Under the pieces are notes generated by a model, which worked only from the letters and a program-made list of their open reading frames with translations, searched no databases and had not been told where the DNA came from. The position numbers and the translations under genes are program-made. From positions 288,001 through 352,000 of the forward strand of contig CAWHEP010000002.1 of assembly GCA_963828525.1 (NCBI GenBank): DNA of 64,000 nt, in the 5' to 3' direction. The DNA is from an uncultured Verrucomicrobiae bacterium (lineage in GTDB: Bacteria > Verrucomicrobiota > Verrucomicrobiia > Chthoniobacterales > Chthoniobacteraceae). This document shows positions 40,217 through 51,338 of the stretch, one piece after another (position 1 is the stretch's first letter; each line of letters opens with the position of its first letter).

Positions 40217-42097
40217 ATGCCTTCTCTCGTGATCGTACTCTTCGCCACCGCTCTTGCAGCCGGCATTTTCCTGCTGCCCTGGCACGTGCCGTTCCCGAGG
40301 CAGGTTGAGTCTCCTTCCTACATCTACGGGTATAACAATCTCGCCGCGCACCTCGTGATTGCCCTCGCGCTGCTGGCGGCCCTCGTGTGGCAGTTGCGGC
40401 GTCAGAGGGCCCTGCCCGCTGAGGCTGCGTCACAACTCGTTACTCCGGTCGCGTCCTGGGATCGCGCGCCACTCGCGGCGTTGGGAGGCGCCACGCTCGC
40501 CATCTGCGCCGCGATCACGACCCTTTTCCACATCCTCCCTTACGGCAGCTACGGGGAGATGCCCTATTTTCTCTCCCGGCTTGACCTCATGATCCTGGGC
40601 CAGCGCCCCTTCCAGGATTTTCATTTCAACTACGGCCCGATGATGCTGGAGCCGGTTGTGGCGCTGTATGACCTATCATATGGGTTGCTCTCCGTGGAGC
40701 AGGCTTACCTGGCGGTTCTCCTCGCCCACTGGGTGATTGGCTTGTGGCTGCTCTGGTATGTCGTGGATGCTTTCACCGCTAAATCCCACCGCGTGGCGAT
40801 TTTCCTCCTTCTCGCGCTCGCCACCTTCAACCTTACGCTGGGCTTAAACTATACTCCGCTCCGCTTTCTCCTCCCTCTCGCTTCCCTCGTTCTCATCGAC
40901 AGGATCGTCGTCTCCCAAAGCCCGGCCGCCTGGAAGAAAGCGTGCGCGCTTTCCTTCCTGCTTCCCCTCGCCTGTTTCTCGATCTCGCCCGAAATGGGCA
41001 TCGCCTCTTTCGCCGCTTTCCTCGTCTATTTTTCTGCCCACGCCCGCGCGCGCCGCGGTAGACCTGCGCCCTGCCTGTTATTCGTCGCGCTGACGCTGCC
41101 GGCCGTCGTTCTCCTGTTCTCGCGCGAGTATTTTGACATCGTCTTCTCCTTCGTCGGCGGTGGCAATAACCTGCCGATCCTGCCGACCGCCCATGTGCTC
41201 CTGTTCCTGCTGGCGGTCTTCGCCGTGCTGCCCCGCCTTGGCGGCAGCGCGCTTCTGTTCCCCGCCTCCGCCCCTGCTCCACTCAGCCTCGCTTTATTCA
41301 TCCTTCTCGGCCTTTGCATCCCGGCGGCGTTAGGGCGGTGCGACCCAGGGCACATCCTCTTTTACGGTCTCGCGCTATTCCTGCTATTCCTGCGGGAAGC
41401 GCGCGACAAACCCAGGGATCGGATCGCCGTTCTCGTTGCCTTCTTCCTTGCCTTCCCTGTCGCTGGCCAGATCAGCTTCTGGAATAGCTACGCCTACGCC
41501 GTTAAAGAAATCCTCACCACCTACGCCGATCTCCGGCGCGTGGCTCATGCCGACAAGACCGTCCCGGCGGCCATCCAAAGACTTTCGCCTTCCCCGGACG
41601 CCCCGCGCGTCCGCTACAGCAAGCTCCTGCCGTGGAATCCGGAACTGCTCCGGCTGCTGCGGTACCCAAGGCTTGGAACTCCGATGGGCGTCAGCGAGCA
41701 AATGGACCGCTTTCTTAAACTCACAGGCCAGTTCATCCCGGAATATCATCCCGGCTTCTACGACGACGTCTTGAATAAAGCGGATATCGCCCAGAAAATC
41801 CGCGACCTCCGCCGCATGCCCGTCATTGTCTTTGCGGGAACCAGCCTGAGCGACTTGGCTCCGTTCGACGAAGCCGCCTTTGTCGCCGAAGACAATCGCG
41901 CTCTGTCTCGGCTCCTCCTTTTCCCCCTCCACCTGAAGATGCGAAACACCCCCCTTGGCATGAAACGCGAAGTCATGACCGTCATCTCAGCCGAGTACGC
42001 CGTCCGCGAGCAGATCGGCCCCTACTTTGTCGCAGTCCGTAAGGAGGCCCGCCTGCCGTTCGCCAGTAGGAGACGAGCCAAGGGAGCCGGTCGTTGA
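40217..42097 (+). CDS. Multi-pass membrane protein, possible GT-C fold transferase
   Basis: Many TM helices; G.RPF.DF.FNYGP loop; ALGR.D.GH. Confidence 0.55.
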   Translation: MPSLVIVLFATALAAGIFLLPWHVPFPRQVESPSYIYGYNNLAAHLVIALALLAALVWQLRRQRALPAEAASQLVTPVASWDRAPLAALGGATLAICAAITTLFHILPYGSYGEMPYFLSRLDLMILGQRPFQDFHFNYGPMMLEPVVALYDLSYGLLSVEQAYLAVLLAHWVIGLWLLWYVVDAFTAKSHRVAIFLLLALATFNLTLGLNYTPLRFLLPLASLVLIDRIVVSQSPAAWKKACALSFLLPLACFSISPEMGIASFAAFLVYFSAHARARRGRPAPCLLFVALTLPAVVLLFSREYFDIVFSFVGGGNNLPILPTAHVLLFLLAVFAVLPRLGGSALLFPASAPAPLSLALFILLGLCIPAALGRCDPGHILFYGLALFLLFLREARDKPRDRIAVLVAFFLAFPVAGQISFWNSYAYAVKEILTTYADLRRVAHADKTVPAAIQRLSPSPDAPRVRYSKLLPWNPELLRLLRYPRLGTPMGVSEQMDRFLKLTGQFIPEYHPGFYDDVLNKADIAQKIRDLRRMPVIVFAGTSLSDLAPFDEAAFVAEDNRALSRLLLFPLHLKMRNTPLGMKREVMTVISAEYAVREQIGPYFVAVRKEARLPFASRRRAKGAGR

Positions 42098-42289
42098 CAA
42101 TCTCCGGGCCAACCACATGGCCGCGTCATCTATTCTTCCGCCCGTTCGGGACATGGCTCCGGGTAAAACATCCAGCCTCCAGCATCCAAACCCTCAGCCC
42201 ACTCCCTGGCGCCGCCACTCCATCCCCGCTCCTCGCTTTTAACTTTTCTTTTCTTGCAATGCCGCCCCGCCATCGCACAATCCCGAACT

Positions 42290-43246
42290 ATGATTGTCCC
42301 TACAGCTGATCTTTACAAAGTCGCATACGGTAAATACGCGGTCGGCGCGTATAACATCAATAACCTCGAGCAGACCATGGGCCTGTTTCGCGGGTGTATA
42401 GACAGCAAGGCCCCTTTCATCATCCAGCTCTCAAAAGGCGCTCGCAAATATGCCGACAAGCGCATGCTCGAAGCCATCATTCGCACAGCCGAGGAAATCT
42501 TTCCCGACGCCATCTACGCCGTCCATCTCGATCATGGCGACGAGGAGTCATGCTACGACTGCATCGATTCGGGCTTTTATAGCTCAGTCATGATCGACGC
42601 CAGCCACGACAGCTTTGAAGAAAACATAGCGATCACCAAACGCGTCGTTGACCGCGCCCACGCCGTCGGCATCAGTGTCGAAGCGGAACTCGGCATGCTC
42701 GGAGGCGTCGAGGAAGACATCAAAGTGGACGAAGGCAACGCCTGCCTTACAAACCCAGAAGAAGCCGTGGAATTCGTTCACCGCACCGGCTGCGACGCCC
42801 TCGCCGCCGCCATAGGCACCAGCCACGGAGCCTACAAATTCAAGGGCCAGCAAAGCCTTCATTTCGAGGTCATCGAGGCCATTCAGCAAAAAATGCCGGG
42901 CACTCCTATCGTAATGCACGGCAGTTCCAGCGTTCCACAATCCGAAGTCGAGCGCATCAATGCGGCGGGCGGCACGCTCGACCCCAGCGCGAGAGGCGTC
43001 AACGAAGAGGAATACCTGCCAGCCGCTAAACTTGGTGTCACAAAGGTCAATATCGACACCGACGGGCGCCTCGTTTGGACCCGCGTCCACCGGGAGTTCT
43101 TCCGCGACAAGCCGTCTGAATTTGATTTCCGCCCGCCAGGCAAAATCTTCATGGACGAATACGCGAAGTTCATCGCCCATAAGAATACAAAGCTTGGCTC
43201 TGCCGGTGAGTTGTCTGCCGTGCGCCAGGCGCTGGGGAAGTCCTAA
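42290..43246 (+). CDS. fba: Class II fructose-bisphosphate aldolase
   Basis: AVGAYNINN.E, VHLDHG, SVMIDAS, VEAELG, GTSHGAYKF, VMHGSS, KVNIDTD. Confidence 0.96.
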   Translation: MIVPTADLYKVAYGKYAVGAYNINNLEQTMGLFRGCIDSKAPFIIQLSKGARKYADKRMLEAIIRTAEEIFPDAIYAVHLDHGDEESCYDCIDSGFYSSVMIDASHDSFEENIAITKRVVDRAHAVGISVEAELGMLGGVEEDIKVDEGNACLTNPEEAVEFVHRTGCDALAAAIGTSHGAYKFKGQQSLHFEVIEAIQQKMPGTPIVMHGSSSVPQSEVERINAAGGTLDPSARGVNEEEYLPAAKLGVTKVNIDTDGRLVWTRVHREFFRDKPSEFDFRPPGKIFMDEYAKFIAHKNTKLGSAGELSAVRQALGKS

Positions 43247-43351
43247 CCCACCGCGGTCGTATAATTGTAAGGCATCCGGCGACATCCGGTGTCCCGCTTG
43301 CGTTGCGATTGCCCCCGGCGCACTGTAGCGGATTGATGACAGATCCGCGCA

Positions 43352-44197
43352 ATGCAGTTTGACGAGCCGATCCGCATCCTCTCGGATCTGCATTTCGGTC
43401 ATCCCGCAAGTCTGATTCAGGATATTGACCAAATTGCGCCTCTCATAAAAGGCGCGCCTACCGTCATCTTTAACGGCGACACCGTGGAGATGCGCTTCCT
43501 GGAGGATCGCCCCGCCGCGTACGAAAACATGGAGCGCATAGGCGAGCTTTGCCTGTCCCTCGGGGCTCGCGCCGTATTTGTGAACGGCAATCACGACCCC
43601 ATCATCTCCGCTTTCAACCATTTCGATCTCGCGGATGGCGCGATCCTCGTCACCCACGGCGACATGCTCTTTCATGACATCTCCCCATGGAGCGCTGAAG
43701 CGCGCTTCATAGGCCCCGCCCATACCGCCGCCTTGGAGGAAATGGAGGAGGACGTCTTCCACAATTTCGAGGAGAGGCTCAAAGCCAGCAAGCGAGCCGC
43801 TCTCGCCGTCGAGCTTCATAAATCGCGCCTTCCGAGCGGGCGGCTGGCGCGTGTCGCCACCTTCGCGCGCGAGTGCTGGCCTCCCTGGCGCCCGCTTCAG
43901 ATCATTCGGGTCTGGATCATCAGTCCTGCCCGCGCCGTCGCCCTCGGACGTGTATTCAGACCGCAAGCCCGCTTCATCCTCATCGGTCACACCCACTACG
44001 GCGGCATCTGGAAAATGGGGCCGCGCATGATCATTAACACCGGCAGCTTCCTCCCTTTTTCTGGTCGCTCCGCGCTTGAACTGGCCGGCTCCACCCTTTC
44101 CGTTTACGCGATCGAGAAGCGCATGGGCAAGTTCCAGCTCGGACGCGTGACTGACCGATTCGATGTCCGCAAGCTCAAGCCCAGCGAAGGCTTCTGA
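43352..44197 (+). CDS. Calcineurin-like metallophosphoesterase
   Basis: SDLH, NGD, GNHD, THGD and GHTH motifs. Confidence 0.88.
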   Translation: MQFDEPIRILSDLHFGHPASLIQDIDQIAPLIKGAPTVIFNGDTVEMRFLEDRPAAYENMERIGELCLSLGARAVFVNGNHDPIISAFNHFDLADGAILVTHGDMLFHDISPWSAEARFIGPAHTAALEEMEEDVFHNFEERLKASKRAALAVELHKSRLPSGRLARVATFARECWPPWRPLQIIRVWIISPARAVALGRVFRPQARFILIGHTHYGGIWKMGPRMIINTGSFLPFSGRSALELAGSTLSVYAIEKRMGKFQLGRVTDRFDVRKLKPSEGF

Positions 44198-44201
44198 GCG
44201 T

Positions 44202-46184
44202 CTATCTGTGATCCAGCACCTCGCGCACTTTTGTCGCGAGTGTGGATGGTGAAAACGGCTTCGGCAGAAAAGCGATCTCCCGCGACGCGATGCCCTGCTG
44301 CAGCATCTCTTCCTCGTTGTAGCCCGAAGTAAAAAGAACCTTCGTGCCCGGCGACAGAAGGCCGAGACTGTCCGCGAGGCGCTTGCCGCCGATCCGAGGC
44401 ATCACGATGTCGGTCAACAGCAGGTCAATCTTCTGAGTGTCACACTCTCTTATCACATCCATTGCCCGCTCCCCATCACACGCCTCCAAAATCGAGTAAC
44501 CGAGCTTTGTCAGCATCGAAGCAGTCAACTTGCGCACCGAAGAATCGTCCTCCACCAGCAGCACTGTCTCGGTGCCCCCGGGTAACCGGCGTTCCGTCGA
44601 TACCACCGGCGCGATCTGCTCTTCCCTCGGCTCCTCAGCGGCGCTCGCGGGCAGGTAGATATTCACCGTTGTCCCTTTCCCAACCGTGCTCTCCACCGCG
44701 ATATGCCCGCGGCTGTTGCGGATGATCCCGTAGGACGTGGAGAGGCCAAGGCCAGTGCCCTTGCCCACCGCTTTGGTGGTGAAAAATGGCTCAAATATCC
44801 GCTCCTTTATTTCGGGCGCTATCCCCTCGCCAGTGTCCTCGATCGATAGCCGAACATACGCGCCAGGAACCAGTGAAGCGTGATCTTGAACCTGCACCTC
44901 GTCGAAATTCACATTCGCCGTGGTGATCCTAAGCGCCCCTCCCTTTGGCATCGCGTCCGACGCGTTGATCACGATATTCGTGATCACCTGCTCCATTTGC
45001 CCCGCGTCAATCCGCGCTAGCGCGTCGACCGCCCCGAGTTCCTGCGTAAAGCTCACGTTCGCGCCAATTACCCGCTTCAACATCCGCTCCAACCCGGAAA
45101 CCAGATCGTTTACGTCCACCACGCCGCTCTGCGTGACCTGTTTGCGGCTGAACGTTAACAACTGCTGCGTGAGCGTTGCAGCCCGGACCGCCGCCCCATA
45201 GATTTCCTGCGCGTCCTGGTGCGCGAGCTCATCCAGTTCGGGATTGGCTAGCAGTATCTCCGCGAATCCCGTGATGCTCGTCAAAATGTTGTTGAAGTCG
45301 TGCGCCACACCGCCCGCGAGACGCCCAATCGCTTCCATCTTCTGCGCCTGCCGCAGCTCTTCCTCGATGTGTTTGCGTTCCGTTATGTCTCGGCTGATGC
45401 ATACCACCCCGGTTATCTCCCCTTGCGCGTTCCGCAGCGGAATCTTCGTCGTTCGCGCCCATCCTCTCCCCCCGTCCCCGCTCTCCCTCGCCTCCTCACG
45501 GTTGATGATCGCCTCCCCTGTCGAGATCACGTGATGATCGTCCGCCGTGAACCTCTCGGCCCGCTCCCGTTCAAAGAAATCGAACGATGTCCGGTTGTCC
45601 ACGTCTTCCGATGAGCTCACGCCGAGGGATCGCGTATGGGCCGCGTTGCTTAGCACGTAATGCCCGCGGGCGTCCTTCACAAATATCAGGTCTGGCAGCG
45701 CGTCCACGATCGCCCGAAGCATGTCGCGCTCCGTCTGGAGGGCGGCGGAATCGATCTTCCCCGTCTTCTTCTCCCTTGGCTGGAATTCGCTCACATCGGA
45801 GATGAATCCGTTATAGCCCGCCAGCTTTCCCGCCCCGTCGAACACAGGCATCCCCTTTTCTGAAAGCCACTTCTCAACCCCTCCCTTGGTGCGCAGCCGA
45901 TACTGGATCGAGTAACCTTCCTTCCCTTCAGCCGCGCGGCGGATCATCTCTGTTGCCCTTGCCAGATCCTCCTTTGCGATGAGTGACCGAAACAATTCCC
46001 CGGATTCCGCCAGAAGTTCCCCGGGGTTGTGCCCCGTTATCGCGCTGCTGCCGGCGCTCAGGAAAGTAAACGGCCACTTGACCGCGACAGATCTGCTGAA
46101 CGCGATCCCGGGAAGCGCGTCAAGCACCGCTTCGGGATCGAACTCTTGGGAGGATGAAAGTCGCATTGTCATGGCAGTCGCCAT
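44202..46184 (-). CDS. PAS-PAS hybrid sensor histidine kinase with receiver domain (CckA-like architecture)
   Basis: [31 protein letters not shown]-terminal VEDD/LLTD/KPF. Confidence 0.93.
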   Translation of the reverse strand: MATAMTMRLSSSQEFDPEAVLDALPGIAFSRSVAVKWPFTFLSAGSSAITGHNPGELLAESGELFRSLIAKEDLARATEMIRRAAEGKEGYSIQYRLRTKGGVEKWLSEKGMPVFDGAGKLAGYNGFISDVSEFQPREKKTGKIDSAALQTERDMLRAIVDALPDLIFVKDARGHYVLSNAAHTRSLGVSSSEDVDNRTSFDFFERERAERFTADDHHVISTGEAIINREEARESGDGGRGWARTTKIPLRNAQGEITGVVCISRDITERKHIEEELRQAQKMEAIGRLAGGVAHDFNNILTSITGFAEILLANPELDELAHQDAQEIYGAAVRAATLTQQLLTFSRKQVTQSGVVDVNDLVSGLERMLKRVIGANVSFTQELGAVDALARIDAGQMEQVITNIVINASDAMPKGGALRITTANVNFDEVQVQDHASLVPGAYVRLSIEDTGEGIAPEIKERIFEPFFTTKAVGKGTGLGLSTSYGIIRNSRGHIAVESTVGKGTTVNIYLPASAAEEPREEQIAPVVSTERRLPGGTETVLLVEDDSSVRKLTASMLTKLGYSILEACDGERAMDVIRECDTQKIDLLLTDIVMPRIGGKRLADSLGLLSPGTKVLFTSGYNEEEMLQQGIASREIAFLPKPFSPSTLATKVREVLDHR

Positions 46185-46261
46185 GAATGCGAGAGTAGCA
46201 AGACCTATTCCAACCTCGCGTTTTGCAGTCTGAACCAGCGAAATTGAGAATGTACAGCAGA

Positions 46262-46287
46262 AACCCGCGAAGTTTCCTTCGCGGGTT
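46262..46287 (-). terminator. Intrinsic terminator-like hairpin
   Basis: AACCCGCGAAG-GAAA-CTTCGCGGGTT downstream of the 46310-46714 gene. Confidence 0.65.
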
Positions 46288-46309
46288 CTTCGGCTGACCG
46301 ATCGAAACC

Positions 46310-46714
46310 TTACTGCCCGGTTGTTGTCGTCGTCGTCGTTGTCTTCTTCACCACCACGTCAGCATCCGCTCTCTTCACGATGATCTTCGAGGCCACCATT
46401 CCATCGGCGTCCTTCGTGTAATACACCGTCACGGGGAGACCCGATTTCACCAGGCTCACATCGACTGGGTTTCCAGATTCGTCCACAACCACCGTTTTCT
46501 TCGTGTAGCTGTAGGTTACCGGCGCGGTGTCGTGCTCCGTCTTCATGACGATCGTGGTGCCGGACGGCGAAAACTCACTCACCGTTCCTGACGTATTTGT
46601 CGTCGATGTCGTCTCCGTCACGGAAGTTTGCGCCTGTGCGAAACCGCCCGCGCAGAGCACGGTGGTTACGATCATCACGCCACAGGATTTCAGAATCAGA
46701 TTAGTTCTTTTCAT
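46310..46714 (-). CDS. Secreted Thr-rich hypothetical protein (small beta domain)
   Basis: Signal peptide AQA; GTVSEF, VDESG.PV, G.PVTV.Y; poly-Thr tail. Confidence 0.75.
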   Translation of the reverse strand: MKRTNLILKSCGVMIVTTVLCAGGFAQAQTSVTETTSTTNTSGTVSEFSPSGTTIVMKTEHDTAPVTYSYTKKTVVVDESGNPVDVSLVKSGLPVTVYYTKDADGMVASKIIVKRADADVVVKKTTTTTTTTGQ

Positions 46715-46885
46715 ACATTTTTGGATTTTACGGGGTCGGTCCTTCTGTCGGCCCACACCCAGTATTCGTCACGCAGCCTTTCAATGGCCGCATCCGTGAC
46801 CCATTGCCCTTGCCCTGTCTCGCGAGTATGGTCGTCATGCACATGCTCCCATCCGGCAAGAACTGGAGATGCACAGGAAAAAAGA

Positions 46886-47632
46886 ATGAGTCGTAACCAA
46901 GGCTCGTCCCGCATCCCCAACAAGCTCCCAAAAGGCGGCTTGATCCTGGTTGCCGACGATGAGGAAGACGTCGTGGGCCTCGTCGCTTCCAGTCTCCAGA
47001 CCGCCGGCTTCGAGGTCATCTCCGCTCACGATGGCCCCGCTGCGGTCGAGGCCGCGCAAATGAAGGCGCCCGCCCTCATCATTCTTGATCTCATGCTTCC
47101 AGGCTTGTCGGGATTCGAGGTTTGCAGGCTCCTGAAAGGCGATCCCCGCACATACCGCATCCCAATTATTATGCTGTCTGCCAAAGCTCAGGTGAACGAC
47201 CGCGTCGAAGGCCTCGAACTGGGCGCCGATGACTACGTTACCAAGCCTTTCAGCACGCGGGAGCTTGTCCTCAGGGTCAAATCGGTCGTCAGCCGCGCTC
47301 AAAATCCCACTGAGGCCGTTGCCGATTCGATGACCCTCTGCAAGATCACCGTTCATCGCCACACCTTTCAGACTGAAGTCGGAGGCCGCCCCGTCGCCCT
47401 TACCCCCACTGAGTTCAAGCTCCTCACCCTTCTCATGGAGAGATCAGGCCGCGTCCAAAGCCGCGAAAGTCTCCTCACGGAAGTCTGGGGTTACGACGGC
47501 ATGATTGACACCCGCACCGTCGATATCCACGTGCGCAGGCTCCGCGAAAAACTCGGCCACTCCGCCGCGTGCATCGAGACCGTGCGCGGGTTCGGTTACC
47601 TCTTTGACGCGTCCGCGAAGACTAAGTCATGA
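46886..47632 (+). CDS. phoB: OmpR/PhoB family response regulator
   Basis: ILDLMLPG, GADDYVTKPFS, TRTVDIHVRRLREKL, IETVRG.GY; paired with a PhoR-like kinase. Confidence 0.75.
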   Translation: MSRNQGSSRIPNKLPKGGLILVADDEEDVVGLVASSLQTAGFEVISAHDGPAAVEAAQMKAPALIILDLMLPGLSGFEVCRLLKGDPRTYRIPIIMLSAKAQVNDRVEGLELGADDYVTKPFSTRELVLRVKSVVSRAQNPTEAVADSMTLCKITVHRHTFQTEVGGRPVALTPTEFKLLTLLMERSGRVQSRESLLTEVWGYDGMIDTRTVDIHVRRLREKLGHSAACIETVRGFGYLFDASAKTKS

Positions 47633-47721
47633 GTGAACGCTTCGAGAGACTGGGCTCGGGTTGATGGGAAGGCCGGTTTGAAGCGCTGGCGTCTCCCACA
47701 GTCTCGCCTACTATTGCCATC

Positions 47722-49083
47722 ATGGATGGATTCTGGCTCTGGCTTCTAACCTTGGCTGTTCTCGCTGTCGGCGGCGCCTATGCCTATTCCCTCTTTCTGC
47801 GCCCGCTCCGCGATCTTGAAGACGCGCTGGGCCGCGTCTCTCGGGGAGAGCGCCCGCTCACTTTCGTCCTCGGCGGCGCGGACGTCTTCGGCAGGCTCGG
47901 CTCGAGTATCGAGGCTGTTGCAAATGAGCAGGCGAGACTTCGGAAACAAGCCGAGGAAGGCAGCTTCAATCTGCAGGCGATCCTTTCCAGCATGGAAGAA
48001 GGGGTCATGGTTGTTGATACGGAGCACGTCATCCACCTCGTCAATCAGTCATTCTGCAAGCTTTTCGGCATCGTTGGCAGTCCGCTTCAAAAGACCGTCC
48101 TTCGGGCGCTGCGGGACGCTTCGGTGGAAGAAATCGTCAGAAGCACCCTCCAGGCTGGCGTCTTGCAAACGCGCGAGATTTCCCCGGTCCACCAATCCCG
48201 CGAGGAAATACCCCGTCATTTCGCCGTGAGCGCCGTGCCGCTCTTGGGCCAGGGCGGCGTCATCAGCGGCGTGGTCGTGGTGCTCCACGACATCTCGCGC
48301 CTGCGGCAACTCGAAGAAATCCGCCGTGAATTCGTCGCCAATGTTTCCCATGAGCTCAGGACTCCTCTTTCTATCTTCAGCGGCTATCTCGAAAACCTGA
48401 TCGATAACCCAGCCCGGCCTCGCAAGGAACTCCTCGCAACCTTCGAGATCATGGAGAAGCACTCGCGCCGCCTTAACGCTCTCCTCTACGATCTTCTCAC
48501 CCTCGCGCGGCTCGAATCCAAGCGGGAACTCCTCGAGCCCGAATCCATCCGCCTCGCCCCGTTCCTCCGGCAAATCGCCAGCGATTGGAAAATGAAGCTG
48601 GAACAAAAAAAGATCACCCTCGCTCTCAATATTCCCCAAGAGACGGCCTCGTTCACCGCTGATTCGTTGCGGATGGAGCAAATCCTTAACAACCTCATAG
48701 ATAACGCCATCAAATACACGCCGGAAGGGGGCAGCATCCGCATTGATACCCTTTGCAATGAGGACTCGGTTACCATCCGCGTGGAGGACAGCGGCATTGG
48801 CATACCCGCGCGCGATCTCCCTCACATCTTCGAGCGTTTCTACCGCGTCGAAAAAGCTCGCAGCCGCGATGCCGGCGGCACCGGCCTCGGCCTTTCCATC
48901 GTGAAACACATCGTGAGTCTCCACGGTGGCAGCGTCCAGGCCGAAAGCTCTCCGGGTAAAGGCACCGCCATCACGTTTGTCATACCGCGCGAATTCCCGT
49001 TGGACCCGGATGCAACAAACCCCGAATCTCAGCCCGGGTCCGAAGCGCCGGCGGTCGCCCCCGCTGCGGATATTGTTTCTTGA
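47722..49083 (+). CDS. phoR: PhoR-like sensor histidine kinase
   Basis: RREFVANVSHELRTPL, NL.DNAIKY, FERFYRV.KARSR..GGTGLGLSIVKH. Confidence 0.8.
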   Translation: MDGFWLWLLTLAVLAVGGAYAYSLFLRPLRDLEDALGRVSRGERPLTFVLGGADVFGRLGSSIEAVANEQARLRKQAEEGSFNLQAILSSMEEGVMVVDTEHVIHLVNQSFCKLFGIVGSPLQKTVLRALRDASVEEIVRSTLQAGVLQTREISPVHQSREEIPRHFAVSAVPLLGQGGVISGVVVVLHDISRLRQLEEIRREFVANVSHELRTPLSIFSGYLENLIDNPARPRKELLATFEIMEKHSRRLNALLYDLLTLARLESKRELLEPESIRLAPFLRQIASDWKMKLEQKKITLALNIPQETASFTADSLRMEQILNNLIDNAIKYTPEGGSIRIDTLCNEDSVTIRVEDSGIGIPARDLPHIFERFYRVEKARSRDAGGTGLGLSIVKHIVSLHGGSVQAESSPGKGTAITFVIPREFPLDPDATNPESQPGSEAPAVAPAADIVS

Positions 49084-49120
49084 CGCCCCGGGTACTGCTT
49101 CCCCGAAAGTCCGTCCCCTT

Positions 49121-50084
49121 ATGCCGCGCATCCTTTCGGGTATCAAGCCCACCGGCAGGCTCCACATCGGCAACTACTTTGCGATGATGCGCCCCGCTAT
49201 CGATTGGCAGGAGAAGGGCGAGGCGCTTTATTTCATCGCCGATTACCACGCCCTTACAACCCTCCACGATCCTAAGCTGCTGCGTGAGGTACTCCTACCT
49301 GGTCGCTCTCGACTTCCTGGCCTGCGGACTCGATCCCGCCAAGGCCGTCCTCTTCCGCCAGTCCGATGTCCCGTTGGTCGCCGAACTGGCGTGGATCCTG
49401 AGCACCCTCACCCCGATGGGTCTCCTCGAGCGCTGCCATGCGTACAAGGATCATCTGGCGAAGAACCTCAACCCCTCCCACGGCCTGTTCGCGTATCCAG
49501 TCCTGATGGCTGCCGACATCCTCATCTACGACAGCGATATCGTTCCGGTTGGCAAAGACCAGAAGTCGCACATCGAGGTCGCTCGCGACCTGGCCGTTAA
49601 GATGAACGAAACCTTCGGGCACATCTTCAAGCTGCCGGAACCCAGCATTGTCCGGGAAGTCGAGACGATCCCCGGCCTCGACGGCCGCAAGATGAGCAAG
49701 AGCTACGGCAACACCGTCGAGCTATTCATGGACGAAAAAAGTCTGCGAAAGAAAATCATGGGCATGGTGACAGACTCGACCCCAGTCGAGGCGCCGAAGA
49801 ACCCCGACCAGTCCGCCATCGTCCATCTCTACAAGCTTTTTGCCTCGCCGGAAGACGTTGCGCGGATGGAACATGATTTCCGGCAAGGCGGCGTCGGTTA
49901 TGGCGATTTCAAGAAACGCCTCTTTTCTCAGATGTGGGAGTTTTTCGCGCCGATGCGCGAGCGGCGCGAGCAGATTGAACCTGGTTACGTTAACGAGGTT
50001 CTAAAGGCGGGAGCCGGGCGCGCGAACGAACTCGCCCATGCTACCATGCAGCGGGTTTACAAAGGTGTGGGCTTGCGGCCCTAG
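49121..50084 (+). CDS. trpS: Tryptophanyl-tRNA synthetase, frameshifted at about 49288
   Basis: SGIKPTG.LHIGNY, YPVLMAADIL, VPVGKDQ..H.E, KMSKS; removing one G joins the two frames. Confidence 0.95.
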
Positions 50085-50092
50085 TCTCGGCT

Positions 50093-50605
50093 CTACTGCC
50101 CTGCCTGTGCCCGGGTGGCCAGCACCCGCTCCTTGAGGTCAGTGCTCTCAGCCTGCAACACCTTGGCCCCACCCTGGTATTCCACCGTCACTTCGTGATT
50201 TTTTAGCGACACTAGCTTGACCTGTGTCCCGGCTGGCAGGCGCGCTTCTCCAGCCGGCGCTCCGTTTACAACCACCGGAAAAGAAGCCGGGGCCTTTAGC
50301 GCGACAACTTTCGGCCATTCCGCGGGAGACGCTTCCAGGGAGGCCCAGTCAAACGGGCTTGGCGCGCTTTGTAGCGGATGGTTGGGCGCCCCTGCTGCGA
50401 CGGGCCCAGCGGAAACGGTTGCCGGCGTCGGCGGACTGCTTCTGCTGGAAAATCCACTCTTTAGATCATTGAAGATGGCCACCGGTATCTGGAGCATGTC
50501 CTCCGGCTTCTCCCCGAATACAACCAAAACGAACAGAGTCAGTAGCACGATCCCTATCAGCGACGGCAGCCAGGCGGAACCGGCACTCTTATCTCGTGTC
50601 TTCAT
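50093..50605 (-). CDS. Hypothetical membrane-anchored protein
   Basis: N-terminal TM helix, Pro/Ser linker, small C-terminal beta domain. Confidence 0.65.
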   Translation of the reverse strand: MKTRDKSAGSAWLPSLIGIVLLTLFVLVVFGEKPEDMLQIPVAIFNDLKSGFSSRSSPPTPATVSAGPVAAGAPNHPLQSAPSPFDWASLEASPAEWPKVVALKAPASFPVVVNGAPAGEARLPAGTQVKLVSLKNHEVTVEYQGGAKVLQAESTDLKERVLATRAQAGQ

Positions 50606-50721
50606 TCGCTAGACCTACATGCTCACCTGTCCGCTGGCAAGCCAGACCGCTCCCCGTCCGGCATCCTGAATTACTGACTCGCATCGCCGCTGATAACATT
50701 CACTTCTAATCGCGCCAGGTA

Positions 50722-50737
50722 TGGCACAAGAGCTGCT
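50722..50737 (+). promoter_or_regulatory. Sigma54 (-24/-12) promoter
   Basis: TGGCAC-AAGAG-CTGCT with GG-N10-GC spacing, 60 nt upstream of the pilin ATG. Confidence 0.75.
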
Positions 50738-50796
50738 TTAATTCCGTCCCAAGCGATCATTCGCGCAAAACAACCCATAACCAAATAATACATCCT

Positions 50797-51204
50797 ATGT
50801 TACAGAAACTTAACAAGAATCGCGGGGGCTTTACCCTCGTTGAAATCATGATTGTAGTTGCGATCATCGCTTTGTTGGCGGCGATCGCGGTGCCTAACTT
50901 CCTCCGTGCTCGCAAACGCTCCCAAGCGACTCGCGTTCTCGAGGATCTCCGCATGCTGGATTCCGCTCTCGACCAGTACGCGATCGAAACCAGCAAGACC
51001 ACTGGCTTCTCGGCTACCTTCACTGACCTCAAAAACTACCTGAAGACGGGCACCACGCTTTACAGCACCGGCACCGATCTCTTCGGCAACCTGTACGGCA
51101 ACTCCGGAACGTTCTCCGTGGACTTCGTTCCTAAAGTCCCTGCCGCTTCCTTCAACTCCTTGTCCGATGTGGCGCCCAACACGTTCTGGTCGCCCTACAT
51201 GTAA
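50797..51204 (+). CDS. Type IV prepilin (major pilin candidate)
   Basis: Class III signal G/FTLVEIMIVVAIIALLAAIAVP; sigma54 promoter and own terminator. Confidence 0.92.
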   Translation: MLQKLNKNRGGFTLVEIMIVVAIIALLAAIAVPNFLRARKRSQATRVLEDLRMLDSALDQYAIETSKTTGFSATFTDLKNYLKTGTTLYSTGTDLFGNLYGNSGTFSVDFVPKVPAASFNSLSDVAPNTFWSPYM

Positions 51205-51228
51205 GACTCGGAAAACATCAACCTTCAA

Positions 51229-51272
51229 GCGCCCGGTTGTCCGCGAAAGCGGCGGCTGGGCGTTTTGCTTTT
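51229..51272 (+). terminator. Intrinsic terminator
   Basis: GCGCCCGGTTG(T)CCGC-GAAA-GCGG-CGGCTGGGCGT followed by TTTGCTTTT. Confidence 0.75.
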
Positions 51273-51338
51273 CACAGGCGCCTCCCGCGCGCTCTCGCGT
51301 CTTGTCTTTTTGACAGGCAAGCTTGAGACTTGGCACGA

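Noticed and set aside
42584..43996. Long antisense ORFs (470 aa here; also 23547-24959, 48049-49173, 58987-59895)
   Set aside because: Shadow frames of well-supported genes in GC-rich DNA, with no recognisable motifs.
46318..46345. (GTC/GTT)n microsatellite
   Set aside because: It encodes the poly-Thr tail of the 46310-46714 protein.
46715..46885. Pho boxes upstream of the phoB-like gene
   Set aside because: GTCA-like half-sites are present, but I could not find a convincing 11-bp-period direct repeat.
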